Shown in pieces: positions 45,980 through 59,714 of a stretch of 64,000 nucleotides of DNA. The DNA lies in the NCBI GenBank assembly GCA_004431415.1, contig QPMI01000143.1, forward strand, positions 124,001 to 188,000, given 5' to 3'. Position 1 is the stretch's first letter. The number at the start of each line of letters is the position of its first letter. Both the position numbers and the translations under genes were made by a program. This DNA is from Cyanophora paradoxa CCMP329 (taxonomy: Eukaryota > Plantae > Glaucophyta). The notes beneath the pieces were generated by a model, which did no database searches, was not told the origin of the DNA, and worked only from the letters and a program-made list of their open reading frames with translations.

Positions 45980-47417
45980 GGGCCTAAAGACAAAAAAGCA
46001 AAATAACTAAGACAAGAGCACGAAGAAAGATAAGACAAAGAGCCAAAATCGACAATAAAAAAGAAAAGACACAGAGCTCGAGACAGATCGAGAAGAGACG
46101 ATAGATCGAGCAGATCTAGGGACAGAGGATGACTGACACGAAGAAGAGCCAGAGCTAGAGATACCATCAATATCGGAAGGAATTACATCACTAAGAAGCG
46201 GAGGACAAATTTGAGAAAGATAAATAACAGGAAGCAGACAAGTAATTAATATAAGAGGAACAACAAGACGACGCGGAGGCGGAGGCGAAGCAGGACGACG
46301 CGAAAGGGCAGAGCTACGGCACAAGGTCGAGGAGGACACAGGAGGCGGAGCAGGCGGATCAAGAGCAGGCAAAAGGACAGTCAAAGGAATCACTAAAGCC
46401 GACCGGGGTCGAGACGGGCAGTCGAACTGCAAACGACGACGAACAACAGGTCGAGCACGAGCTCGAGGACTATAGCTAGTATTGAAACTAACTCTAGCAT
46501 CAACACTACGATCAGAATCCGAACTAGACCGAACTAAACTATAAGACGAAGTACGCCGGCGCCGGCGGGATACGACCAGCGAAGCAGAAGACGAAGGCAA
46601 TGTTAAGGTCGGCGTTTTGGCCATGGGGGGGACCCCCCAAAAATGTTAACTGTTATATTAACGTCACGGCGTCACTCCTTGGCAAGCCCGAGACGCGTGC
46701 TCGAATCCCGGACGTGTATTACGTGGGGAGCGTGGTCCGAGGCTGGGTTCAAATCCCACCAAGTGCAATAAGTGACCCACTCGTCCAAATCGGACAGCCC
46801 AAGCCCAGTGAGGCAGTATCCGCGATGGCCGCGGGGGAGTGACCCGATGGGTGGCGCCTAGGCGCCGGATCTGACCAGGTCTCTGTCCGTCCCACTGGGC
46901 GGGGGGACCGCATTGGGCAGTGAACACCGTGGGGGCGATGCCCTCACCCCTCCCAAAAAAACTATTATATTAATGTGCTCGGGGGACCCCCAAAATTTTC
47001 CCATCCCTGGCCGCAGGCCCGCCGCCCGGCCCGCAGCCTGGGCCGCAGGCGGCAGGCCACGGTGCAGCCGGCGCCTGCAGTTCATGATCATGATCAACGC
47101 GGGTGACAACGCCCCGCGGCCGTGTTACCGTAGTACTAGTACGGTCATATATGCATGATCACCGCCGGCGCCGAGTCGGCGCCGACTCACCGCCGGAGTA
47201 CTAGTCACCGGGTTGCCGGCGAGTCGGCGGCGACGTCGACTTGCCGCGGCCGCAGGATATCAGTACTAGTACTGTACTCGTGGCAGTCTACTAGTAGTGC
47301 GCATGCGGACCGTGTGCGGTTAGTAGCCTAGTAGCGCCGGTTACTACTATATAAGTTAGTAGGCGGCGGTTATAATTACACGTGCATGCAATTTGTGACG
47401 ACGCAAACACGCGGATA

Positions 47418-47553
47418 CTGTAGGACGGCTTTTTTAGCCGTAGTTTTAAATTGCCGTAAATTGCCGAAAGGCCGAATTCGGCAATTTTAAGGCAATTCCG
47501 GTTTTGGGCGAATTCGGCAATTTTACACCACGGCAATTCAAGCCGTCCTACAG
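47418..47553. mobile_element. Small MITE with CTGTAGGACGGCTT termini
   Basis: 14-bp inverted repeat; TA on the left flank only. Confidence 0.55.
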
Positions 47554-50500
47554 GCTACAGTATCGATATCGCCGCCGGCCGCGGGCGCCGCCCGGCGGCC
47601 GCCGGCCCGCCACTGGGCCGCCACTGGCCCGCCAGCCGAGCTCGAGTCGATCCGTGCCGCCGGGCGGCGCCGGCCCGCCGCAGACTGCCCGCAGTGCGTA
47701 GATCATAGTAGATGGCCCAGTGGGTTGCGCCCATTCCATTACGGGCCATATATATATATGCACACGGCGCCACACGCTTACTAAGTTATGCCGCGCCCGG
47801 CGCGCCGCAATCGACCATGGCCATGGCCAGGCCTGACTTCGATTCGTTGCTGCCGCAGTGCGGCCCGGCGGCTTCCTCGAGCCGCAGTGCACGTAGTGCC
47901 ACGTATACGTACGGTGCACGCGCACTCGGCAGGAACACGTGTGGTCATTCTGATCACGCCCGGCGCAGCCTCTTCGATCGTCCGAGCCCGCCTTCAAGGG
48001 CCCGGCGGCCGTACATCATGCATATGCATATGGCATGAGAGCCGAACATCCGATGATCATCAAGGATATGTGGGAGATCTAGAAGCCGTGGACAGCACCA
48101 AACGCGTGCACGTGCGTGATACGTTCAATTGCAACGGTCAATGCCTGCATCTGCCAGCTTAATTGCATATGCATGGATATGATCGCGATATCGCGATCAT
48201 GATGCATATATATATATATATATATGCTTTTTAACATTCGGCACTAGCTATAGTCACACACTGAGTACTGATCATGATCATGATCATGAGTTATCGAATT
48301 TGACCGTATAAGGCGCAGCTTACGTACACGTACGCGTACTACGATACACGTATACTAAACGGTACTCACGACATTGACGCTGCTGTAGTACGCCGCGGTG
48401 CCGACGCGTCACACACACGTGCACCGCGTTACGGCGTGGCCGACTTGTGTCTACGGATACGCAGCTAAAGGTATGCTCCTGAAGCATGCATCATATGCGC
48501 AAGAGTCTCGCGATCATCCTTATTTTTTTAATTACATCCACAGCTGCATGCGCAGCTGATTTTGAGGTAGACACATGCATGAGCAGGTCGGATTACAATC
48601 CGATGATCGCGCAGATATCGATCAAGATCTAGGTCTAGAAGGGATATCGCATGCGCATGCGCAGCGAAGTCCGGTCCGAGTTCACCTTTGACCAGCGTCG
48701 TGTGTACGTGCAGGCTGCGACGGCAACGTACGCGTTCTGGAGCCAACCCCAAGAACAACCCGCAAAAGCAGCCGGTGGCGGCGGGGGGGAAGCAGATCTA
48801 GAGCTCGAGGCGCCGACGTGGACATCAACTTCGCTCGCGATCGATCGTGATCGCACACTCGCGCAAATGCAGGCGAGGTTGCAGGCGCAGCTGCAAGGGC
48901 CGCTGGGTTTCTTCGACCTGCACCCAATGCAGGTCTGCCGCGGGGCTTGCCATTGCCCGTACGGCCGTTGTGCCAATCGTCACCTCAAAGTAAACGCCGC
49001 GGCATGCGCAGGAGGACAGCGTTGACAATTGCAATGGCCATGGGCCGGGGCAGATCGCGGCATCGGCGCGGGCGCCAGCGCTAGCTGCAGCCGCGATGTC
49101 GACCGCGACGGCGGGCATCGATATCCGGCCATGGCCATGGGTAGCTCCGGTGGGACACTGGCTAGAGCTCTTAATTCTCCGTGGCAGTTTCCGCGAATTC
49201 TAACTGGGAGCCTTTCGCATCGCAGGCGCAGCCCTTTGCTGCAGCTGGGGGAGATCTAGAGGCCGGGGCAGGGGGCTCGCAGACCCTATCGATATCGGTA
49301 CCGACGTCGACGTCGACGCCGGCGACTGCTCCGGATCCCCACGCGCATGCACGCGCATATAGCCAGCTGCGAGCTCCAGGCGACGCGGTGCATTCGGTGA
49401 TCATGACTGCAAATTTCAACGCGTCCTCCAAACCCGTTTATGCTGGCCATGGATCCGGACCGGCACCAGCTGCAGCGCTGGCGTCGTCGATGATGGCCGT
49501 GGCCACGGATGCGCTTGCGAATTCGAACCTGCAGTGGCGGCCGGCACCCGCAGCCGCAGCGGCCAGCTCTGAATTCGATTCTCTAGAGCTTCATGATCAC
49601 CAGCTGCAGGTGCGGCGCTTGGCCACCCTTCCCGGCCGCTCTCGCGGCCTTAAGCTTTCAAGTTTAACTGAGAATCGCGCGATTTGCAGCCGCAGGTGCA
49701 GTCCATGCATATGCATATGGATCCATGGCCAGAGACGTCGCCGCGCACGGCGCTTTCGACTTCTGCGGCTGCAACCGCAATCGCAGGCTGCGGCGCGATC
49801 GCGATTTCCGTGCGCAGGCGTCCGCGAGTAGCGCGCCGCCGGGCTTCGAATTCGACGCCGATCGACATCGCGACGCGAACGAGCCGCCGCCGCTACTGGC
49901 CGCCACCTTCGTCGCCTCGAGCTCCCCCCCTTCGAGCGCGCCGGCGGCCGACTCCGACCTCGACAGCGAGTGCGAGCGCGAGTTCGACGTCGATGCCTGG
50001 ATCCGAAACTCGCTGCCGCGGCCGCCAGCGCCCCCGGGCGCGGTCAGCGGCCTCACCTACGCCTGCCCCGGCCCGCCGGCGCCAAAACTTAAGCGGGAGC
50101 GCGGGGCGTCGGCGCTGCGGCCGCAGTCGCCCGTTTACTCCGACCCGCGCGTGCGGAGGCCTGTGCCCCTCCGAGCACGGCCGGCCCCTCTCCCCGCGGC
50201 GGCCGCCGGAATCCGCCCCGAGCCTGACGTCGCGAGCTCGGGCGCTGCCACTTCGCGCCCGTGGCCAATCGGATTCCTGGCGCCCTCGAGCTCCAGCTCG
50301 AGAACTTCGGGCTCGAGCTCGCACGCGCAGCTGCAGCCGCCGGCGTCGGCGTCGGCGTACGCGTCAAGTTCGCCGGCGGGGGACCCGGACATGTCTCCTT
50401 CTACCTATAGCTAGATCTAGAGCTAGACTTTCGGGGATCCGCCCCTCCTCCGGCCTCTTCCAATCGCAACTTGCAAGGCTTCCTTGCCATGCATGGCCAT

Positions 50501-50789
50501 GCGTGCCACGTGCACGGTGTGTCTGCATTCTAAAGCTTTAGCTGTATATATATATAGTTTCTTACGACCGTCGGACCGTCGGACGTCGACGTCGACGTCG
50601 ACATTTTCAGCTTATAAAACTGTATCTTCGTCCAATGGTCATGATCAAGCTTTATTATAAGTACGTATGCGTATACATATATATAGATATATATATGAGC
50701 AGCTTCATGGTTTCGAGCTCTGGCCTTCCTTTGTAGACTCAGGCAGGGCCTCCTTCCTTTCAATCTTTTAATGAACTGCGCGCAAAATA

Positions 50790-51172
50790 CTAGTGGCCCG
50801 GCCGCGATTTTCGCGCCGGGGGTGCAAGGGGGGAACCGGGATCTAATGAAAGAGTCCTAGTGGCACGCGAAGCGCGCGACCCCTCGGCTCGGTCACGCGT
50901 GCTCGGCTGCGGGCAGCGGCGCACGCGGTACTGCGGTATAAGCTCGATTTCGAATTCGGCGGCGTGCTGAGCGCAGGAAGAGAGCACGGTCTGGACGGCC
51001 GGGCGTGCTCGGCTGCGATCAGCGGCGCAGCTAGGCAGCGGCGCAAGCGGTTTTGCGGTGCAATTGCAAGCTCAAGCACGAGTGCCGGGCAGCGTGCTCG
51101 GCTGCGGGCAGCGGCGCGTGCTCGGTAGGCGGTGCTGCGGTGCAAGCTTGATGCAGTGAGAAGTAGTCCAGG
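50790..51172 (-). mobile_element. Helitron-like relic, second (internally deleted) copy
   Basis: Hairpin plus CACTAG|T end at 50790 on the minus strand; homologous to 34372-34720 and 36440-36549. Confidence 0.45.
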
Positions 51173-52009
51173 CGGCACGGGTACCGTGCGGCGTACGCGG
51201 CGCAGTGCGAGGAAGCGGAAATCTAGAGGAGACCGTCGGACAGCTAGGGAGAAGTGGTTCCATGCAGAACCGCGCAAGGAAGAGCCCGGAGTGAGAGAGA
51301 AGTTGGTTTTCCCCTCGAAAACCACTTTTTGCGAGTTCGAGAGAGCTCTCGCGAGCTCGAGTTTGACGCTCGAAAGTCGAAGGCTGACCGGTCCACCGAT
51401 CCAATCGGATCGCGAATAACGGCTCATTTTTTTCTGGTGTTGCATACTGGACCTCGAAAACGGCCTCATAGAAAAATTTTGGCTGAAGCGAGGGAACGGG
51501 AATTCGAAGCAAGCTGGGAGAAGCCCTTCGGTCTTCGTCCCCCCTTGCAATCTCATGTAGAACTTGACCGCGAAGCTTCGGAAAATACCACAAAGGTCTT
51601 TCTCGGACCCTTCTGTTTTCTTCTCATCTCCCTTCATGAGATCAATCACCTGTTATTCTGTACGTGCACATGTACATGTACATGTGTCATCACTATTCAG
51701 GTATACGTATTTATTCCGGGCGCGAAGGTGCCCATTGTTGGATCGGGATCCAGGAGGCTCCGCGCCAAGCATATGCATAAGCGCATACGCGAGTTTAATT
51801 TACTATCTATAGGTAAGTCTGAATGCGATCATGTACGTATATACGTAGTGCATGTGTACATGTGCCAACGTCTTGTGGTGCGGACATTCATAAATATTAG
51901 TGCATGTGTGTCATCGTCTTGTAGTGTATACGTCCGGACATTGTATTTTTATTCGCTAGCGTCATGATCAAGTCAATTGGGCCCTTAATTAAATATATAT
52001 TACATTTAT

Positions 52010-55000
52010 TGAAAGCTTCTGATCCACCTTGATTGCGCATGCAGCATGCGATTGAAAGCTCTACCCTCACAACAATACATCGCTACGACATGTACAGTGA
52101 TACATTTATATACCATGTCACAGTGTCCAGGGACACACATACTACTAAGGCTAAATGTACTCAAAAGAGTCTCTGAAATCCGGGTCCGAAAGAAATCGGA
52201 AATCGAAATATTCCACATCTAGCTAGGCCTAGGCCTGATTACGAGTGGTTGCAAAATTGAATGACTTTCAAAAAGAAACGAAAGCTAAGCTGAAGTAGTC
52301 TCAAGCTTCCAATCTGTTTCATAAAAGGTAAAGCTAAGGGTCTAGTTTGATTGAAATGTAATAACAAATAACAGGTAACTGGAAACTCTACGCATACATC
52401 TAAATCCAATGACGGAAGGTTTCAGAAGCTCGAGCTCAGCGGACCGGAGCTCGCACTATGTCGCGGCTGCGGCGGCGCCGGGCCGGGCTCGATCCGGCGT
52501 GGAGGCCGCAGTACGAGTGGGAACGGATCCGGAGGGAAGCGGCCGGCCCGCGGGGAAGGCCGGACGAGGGTGCGCGGCGCGGCCGGCGGGCTAGGGGCGG
52601 AGGAGGAGGTGCCAGCCGATGGAGGGCGGGTCGAGGGGGATGCCGAGGGCGCGGCAGACGCCGGCGAGCGCCGCCCGCGCCGCCGCCTCGTCGATCTGCC
52701 CGGGCCCCGCCGCGCGTCAGGCGCCGAGGCGACCCCGAAGGATGCGAAAGACGGAAAAAGGACCCTGAGGAGGGGGCCGGGGAGGTGGCAGTGGGCGATG
52801 CGGCGGGGGCCGGGGGCGGGGGCCTGCAGCTGGTCGGGCGCCGGCTCCACGAGGAAGAAGGCGTGCCGCCTGAACGCCAGGAAGGCCTGCGCGGCGGGGC
52901 CGGGCCCGGGGCCGCGTCGGCGTGAGAGGCGGTACCAGATCTAGAGCTTGGAGGGCCACGATGCATATGCGAAAGCTTAAGTAAAATGGACGCGCGCGCG
53001 CAGGGTGCGCCGGCGTCGGGGACCGACGGCGTCGCCGGCGTGAGAGGCGCTCGATTGCGCCGCTCTGGCGCCGGCGGCGGCGCCGGAGCTCGCGATCGGA
53101 GGGCGACGAGGCTTAGGCCGAATAAAATGGACGCGCGCAGGGCCGGGTGCACCAGCGCGGGGGACCGATCGCGACGTCGAAGCGACCCGCAATCGAGTTC
53201 GAGGCGCCGGCGCCGCAGCAGGGGCGCGCCCCTCTTCTTAAACGGCGCTCCTCGCGATCGTTTAAGATGGCGCCCCTCTTAGAAGGAGGTCGATCGCGAA
53301 CGCCGTCGCACTCACCAGCTGCAGGGCGGGGGAGCTGCCCCGCTCGCCTTCGCGAAGGCGCGGCGTCGCAGCGCCCGCTGCCCCTGCGTGCGCCGGCGCC
53401 ACCGCGGGCACGTCGGCCGCGCCGAGCGTGAGCTCGAGCCGAGGGCGGGGCGCATCCGAGCGCACCTTCGATTCCGGCGCCAGCGTCCGGATCCGGAGCC
53501 GCAGCTGGTGGTGGCGGCTGCTGTGCCGACGTCGACGGTACCGGATCCCGCTCAGAATCGGCGCCCGCGGCCGTCCGCGCGGACGCCGGCTCGGGATCGG
53601 GCGGCGCGCCGCCCGCGCTGTGGACGGCGTCGGCGTCGGCGTCTCCCTCCCCGCCGCCGCCCTCGCATGCGCATTCCTGCGCGACGCAAGTCAACAGCGT
53701 TCGGGGCATCATGATCAGATGATCAAAACCGAAGCTGAGGCCTGGGTCTATCTATAGCTAGCCACAGATCTCGATGTATTACACGAAACGTAGTTCTCAT
53801 GGTCAGAAAGACCGAGAAGCACCAGTACCGATCGCGAGGTGGCCGCACCATGGCCAGCGAGCACCAATGGATTGCCTACGTATACGGTGGCCGTAGAAAA
53901 AGAAAAAAGAAACCGAAAGAACGCTGCACGCAGCTAAATAGAGCCTGGCGCGGCCCGGGGCGGGCCGCGGGCGGGGCAGCTGCGCAACCTTCCGACGTGG
54001 ACGGCCAGACTGGGCTTGAGCATGCACCACGGCCATCCGACGGGGAAGTTAAAGGAGAAAGGAAAAGAAAATAGTGAAATCTTTGACGCGCCAGACTGAG
54101 ATATCTAGAGCTGTCAGATGGGGGGAATTCGAAGTGGACTTGATGTTAAGAATCGCGGGAAAGTGCAGACCCGCGAGTATAGCGAAGCGGATATTGTCGG
54201 ACGTGGAATGGGCTGACGGCCCGAAAATCGGGGGAAACAGCTGAAGAAAAGCTGAGAACAGCGGATAACGATGAAGGGATCCGGAGAAGAGAAGAGATCG
54301 TATCGAGCACATCGGAAAAGATGGAACAGTGCCATTAATTCTATCCATATGCATGGCCACGCGGGCGCACCTCCCAGAGGGTGAGGGGCCCGAGGGAGGC
54401 GGGGACGGCGGCGGCGGCGGCGGCGGCGGCGATGACGGCCTCCGCCTCGTCGATGTTGAGGGCGAGCCAGCCCCCCGCCCCTGCGCGCGGCACCGTCGAC
54501 CGTCGCGTCAAAACGGAAGACGCAGCTGCAGGCGTGGGTCTTTAAATTTAAATTACAGAGACGTTCGCCAGGTTACGGATATGAGCGAGATCGCGCGCAC
54601 CTTCTCCCGCGTCCGATGCGTCGATGGAATCCTCAGAGGACACGAGGCTCGCTTTGCGGGCGCCGGCCGCGTCGCGCGCGTCCTCGTGCGCCTGTGCGGA
54701 GGATGCGCTCCGTCCGTTGACGTTGTCCATCTCAGACGTCGAAGCGTCTCCGTCCGCGGCAGCGGCAGCGGCGGCCGCTCGCGTTGCCGCGCGGATGTGG
54801 GCGACTGCGACCTCCAGCGACACGGGAGCCCCGAAGAGGAGCGAGGCCGACGCGTAAGCCGGCCCCGCGATGGATCTGGCACGCCGGCTCATATCTGTAA
54901 CGCTGAAATCGATCCGACGTCAACAATTAGCTGTGTATGCATGAGCCGAATCCGGGAACTGATCATGAGGGCAGGAAGAACGAACGATTCCAATTGCAAA

Positions 55001-57500
55001 TCTGCAGCTTCGATGGCGGTCCGGGCGCCAGACGCGTCGACGTCCACCTGCGTTCGCGTCATATATATGCATCGATATCGAAATGGAGCATTTCGCAGGG
55101 GATCCCCGGAGATATCGATGATATCGATGAGGGACATCAGGCTTGCAATTGCCTTCAAGTTGGGGCTTCTCCGGGATCCCGAGTCCGAGGCTCCACCTCC
55201 ACCGCGTGGCACCTCTCCAGTGTCTCCATGTACGTGCACCGGCCGGCCGCGCGCGCGGTATATATACGTACCTCTAGGTCTCCTCCTCTAGATCTCCTCG
55301 AGCTCGCCGAACTCTGCTGAGCTAGCCGCACCTCGATACGCGTCTACGTACACGTATACGTCGTACACGTACACGGTCTATCACGTGCACGGGGGGCTGC
55401 CGCAGAAGCGGCATTAATATTTTCTGTGTTCTTTACGTACGCGTTTCTTGTTCTTCTTTTTGTGTTCTTTACGTACGCGTTTTTTTGATCAGTGCATGCG
55501 CGCACTTGCACGTGACTCAGTGACTGTGAACGCGGTTCAACTTGGCAACGCACACGCACGCACACATATGCATGCAGCGGCACACTGCGCATGCCGCAGA
55601 CTCCGCAGTGCGGCCGGGCAGCTGGGCGCGCGCGCGCGGCTGCATGCAGCTGGCGCCGGCAGCCTGCTGCAAGTTGCAAGGCTGCAGCCTGCAGCTTCAA
55701 GCCACTGGGCCAGCAAGTTGGGCTGCTCCTGCAATCGCTGCATGCTGTTGCCATCGATACTGCAGCTGTATCGCTCTAAGTTTACTCGAGCTAGCGCTCG
55801 TCTAGATCTTGGGCCCTCGGCGAGCTCGAGCTCGAGCTCGAGCTCGATCTACCTCCATGATCTGGCTCGATCTATGGCGCAGACAATCGGGGCCTTTTTG
55901 GGGGGTAGTTCAGACTTCTTCGGACCCTCACGTGTCAGCTGGCGAAGTTAATTAAGCTTGCGCATGCATATGCTGTGCAGGTATCATAGTAGTATGCGCG
56001 CGCGCATGCTGGCCATGCGAGTTCACCAGTACCCCCTCAATAACACCCGACGTGACACCCGTGCACCGGTACCCGTGACCCAGAATTCGAAGAAATGGAA
56101 AACATTTTATTTTGTGTATACGTACGTGTACCATGCATGCAGTACGTTAGCGTGTGTACGCAGTACCCGGGCCGCGGGACTCGGGAATCGGGATAATCGG
56201 GAATAGCTATAGGGATATCGACGCGTACGTCGACTCGGCGATATCGCGATCGCCCGAGTCGATCCCGCGGCCGCGGCCATGGCCACGGGGGGACCGGAGG
56301 TGGTCGTCAGGAGGCTGGAAACCCGGTGGGACGTGCCACTGGAACCTCCCTCTTCCCCGACCGCGGCCGCGCGGCGGCCGCCCGACCCGGTCCTCCCCCG
56401 TCCTCCACCACCGCCTCACGCCCCCCCGCCTCATAATCCCCCGATCCCCCCTCCCCCGACCGACACCTTCCCGTTCCTATGAGCCCGGCGGCTCTACCAG
56501 GCCCGCTCTTGCACGAGCGCGCCCCCACCCCCGAGCCCGCCGTGCCGACGACACGGCGGACCGTATTTTAGCGTGTACAGATTGGCTTAGGTTATAATTA
56601 CTGAGCGCCTTCCCGGAGGCCATAGCTTGCTAGGTATAGTCCCAGCTGCAGTTCGTCTAGCCGTCCGCCAGTTTTTTCAGACCTTGCTCCCCCTCTCGTC
56701 CTTGGGTAGGCATCCCCTTCTCGTGTAGGACCTCCCCTGTACTGCAGCACTAGGCCTAGCCCCGGGGTAGCCTTTCCAGCTATCTCCACATCCGAGCTCC
56801 ACCCGGTCCAATGTCCGAAAGGCTTAGTCCCGTAGGTTCATCTCTCGACTTGACACAGATGGACACCGCATTTCTATCTTTAGCCATTTGTCTCGGTGCG
56901 TGCGAATTCATATACTAAGCGGCCATGGCCACGGCCGCGCCGCGGCGGGCCGGGCCGCGGCCGGCCGCGCGCGCGGGGGCCCGGCGCCGCGTGCAGACTG
57001 TGCACGATCATGATCACTGAGTCACGATCGATCATGATCACGATCATGATCACGATCATGATCGATATCATGGCCATGGGGCGCCGCGGCAGTCATGATC
57101 ATGATCATGATCAGTGCACGTCCGATCCGCCGCGGCGCCGGGCGCCCGGCTGCGGGCCGGCGCCTGCGCCCGCGGCCGGCGCCGCCCGGCCGCCGCTGCA
57201 GCCTCCTGATCATGATTAGCTGCGCATGCAGGGCCCGGCCCTCATGACTCAGTGAGATCGCGATCGCGATTCGAATTCGAAAATTCGCGATCGAAATCCA
57301 CACGCGGCGCGCGCGCGCACTGCGGCCGCCGGGCAGCCGCGTTGACCGTCGGACCATGATCAGCTTAAACTTGCAATTGATATCAGAGTATCGCCGCCGA
57401 GTCGATCATCAGGCTGAAATGATTAATATAAGCTGCGTGTACAGCTGAATCGATCGCGTGTACAGCTAATATATAATTTGTGCATCGCCTAATAAAATCT
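52010..57500 (+). repeat. Multi-kb dispersed repeat, copy 2
   Basis: Colinear direct homology with 59715-64000 and inverted homology with 37560-40710. Confidence 0.9.
56289..56918 (+). mobile_element. 630-bp insertion with 16-bp TSD, probable 5'-truncated non-LTR retrotransposon
   Basis: GCGGCCATGGCCACGG at 56273-56288 and 56919-56934; single copy (empty site) at ~63417-63433 in repeat copy 3. Confidence 0.7.
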
Positions 57501-57648
57501 GAAGCTGAAATCCGCGGCCTTCCGAGTTCATTAATATTATCAGATATCATAGTATAAGCTTGAAAGGTCGAGCCCGGAAATTCGACTGTCTAACAACATC
57601 TCAATGCCGCAGTGCCGCGACAAGCTAAAGCGGCCCGTAGTCTGGGCT

Positions 57649-59170
57649 CTAAAATGCGCAGGTCGCCCTGTACACGGCGAAGAGGGCGGCGGCGCCGAGG
57701 GGCCCGAGGGAGAGGCGGGCGGCGCGGGGCGGGAGGCGGCGGAGGCGGGCGGCGGCCCACAGGAAAGCGGCGGAATCGCCGGCGACGAGGAGGAGGTCGC
57801 GGGAGAGGCGCGAGCCGCCGAGGCCGAAGAGGCCCCAGAGGACCCGCTCGGGCAGGGCGATCGCGACGTGCGCCGCCGAGACCACGAGCGGGATCGCCAG
57901 GCGGAGCGGGCCCCCACAGGAACCTGGTCGGCATTACACGCTCAGCTCAGCGAGAAAAGGATCGGGGCGGAGTCGAACCGGGGTCCTTCTCCTCGTAGGC
58001 GAAGCGGGCGTCGGTGAAGGGGAGGACGCAGGCGGCGACCAGCAGCTCCGAGAGGCTGAAGAAGAGCTGCCGCCCGTACCCGTACGCGTACCCCCCGCTC
58101 AGCTCCACTGGCTTCGCTCAGGATCGGGGGGGCGGGGGCGGGGGCGGGGGCGGGCCTGGGAGGGCAGCAGTGGCTGCTGGCCGAGGCCGCTCTCGTTCAG
58201 GTAGTTGAAGACAGCCCTGCGGGGGAGCAGAGCGGGAGGGGGGGGGGGGGGAGGGGGCGAAGGGGGTGAGGAAGGCAGGGAGGGGACGGGGAGGAGGGGG
58301 GCGGGAGGAGGGTCTTGGGGGGAGGGGGAAGGGGGAGGGGGGGCGGAGGGGTGAGGAGGTGAGAAGGCCGAGAAGGGGGGTGGGGGGTGGGGGAGGGGAC
58401 CGGGGAGAGGGGGCAGGGGGGGGGGAGGGGGGGGGAAGTAGATCGGAGAAGAGAACCAGAGCAATGGATAGCTAGTGCTGGCCGGGGCGGGGGCGGGGGC
58501 GGGGGCGGGGGGGCACCATGCCCCGAAGAAGTGCGAGTAGAAGGATGTGAGGAGGACGAAGAGCGGCCCCGCGCGCAGCGATCGCTGGGAGACGAGGTAC
58601 GCCACGCGGTGAAGACCCGCCACCAGCAGCTGCGCGGGGCCGCCCACCGCGTCAGCGATCGCGATGGCCGCGCTGGCAGCCCGGCCCCGCGGGACCGGGG
58701 TACGCGACGCGCCTGCATGTAGAGGAGGAACCAGACGAGGATCCAGACCGTGACGCGCTCCATGTTGAAGTAGACGTACTTGTACCCCCTCTGGTCCATC
58801 GTCTTGCTGTGCGAGGCTGCGCGTGCGCGTGCTCAGGCTCACAGCTGTTGCTAGCTCTAGAAGCTTAGCTGTGGGGCGGCACGCCTTTGAATTTCTGGTC
58901 GAAGCAGCCGCACTCGCACTTCGCCTTGTCGACGGGGTCCGACCAGAGGTCCACTGCAGCGCGCCGCGGCCGGCCGCGGGGTGCACGTAAGCTAAGCTTA
59001 AGCAGCCTCGGGGGCGGGGGAACGCGGTGCGGGCGGGGCCGGCGCGCACCGCTGCCGGCGGCGTTGACGATCATGCCGGCCACGAAGATGAGGGCCGGGA
59101 GGGCGACGCGCCCCACGAAGAACGCCGCCGGGGCCCAGAGCTCAGCGATGGCCGTCCACGCCGCGGCCAC
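57649..59170 (-). CDS. Uncharacterised multi-pass membrane protein, spliced (start approximate)
   Basis: Exon pieces between GC-rich GT..AG introns: ALPALIFVAGMIV; DPVDKAKCECGCFDQKFKG; YKYVYFNMERVTVWILVWF; FYSHFFGAW|AVFNYLNE; RQLFFSLSEL; AHVAIAL..RDLLLVAGD. Confidence 0.65.
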
Positions 59171-59714
59171 GGCGCCTCCGCCCGCCGAGTCAGACTTCGC
59201 GCCGTACGAGCATATCTCCAGACCGGCGATGGCGAAGCGCCGCGCGGCGGGCGGGGAGTGCGCCCGATCGGATCCGGAGCCGCCCGACGCCAGCGGAAGG
59301 AGCGCGCCGCTCCCCGTGCCAATCTACGAACACAAGATTAGCTAAGCATCGCGGACGTGCTGCGGGCATTGAATACATATGCATGATCATTGAATTCAAT
59401 GTTTCGAAGTCAATTAATTACTAATTACTAATTAGAATTCAATGTTTCGAAGTTAGAATAGAATTAGAAGAAATTACGGCTCAGCGGCTCTCATTAACTA
59501 TATAAGAGCTCGCGAACACTAATCGAAGCAGCTGCAGATCTTTTTTTTCAACTCTGTTGCTCAAAGAAGAAACCAAGGGATATATTCACGAGCTCGATCT
59601 CGCCCGGTGGACGTCGCGATCGACTGGCCGATCGCGAGTTCGCAGTGTACGTAACTTTTAGTAGCGAAGTAATCACATGAATGCGCGTCGCGCGCGCGCG
59701 GCTCCGAAAGCGGG

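Noticed and set aside
45985-46620. LTR or DIRS terminus suggested by strong strand asymmetry
   Set aside because: No second copy, primer-binding site or gag/pol relic was found.
48560-50530. Possible spliced host gene
   Set aside because: Gene-like GC content, but no recognisable domain or consistent exon chain; not supportable.
34255-57400. Numerous long Arg/Ala/Pro-rich ORFs in the six-frame track
   Set aside because: Expected in stop-poor GC-rich DNA; they overlap on both strands and their frames are not conserved between repeat copies.
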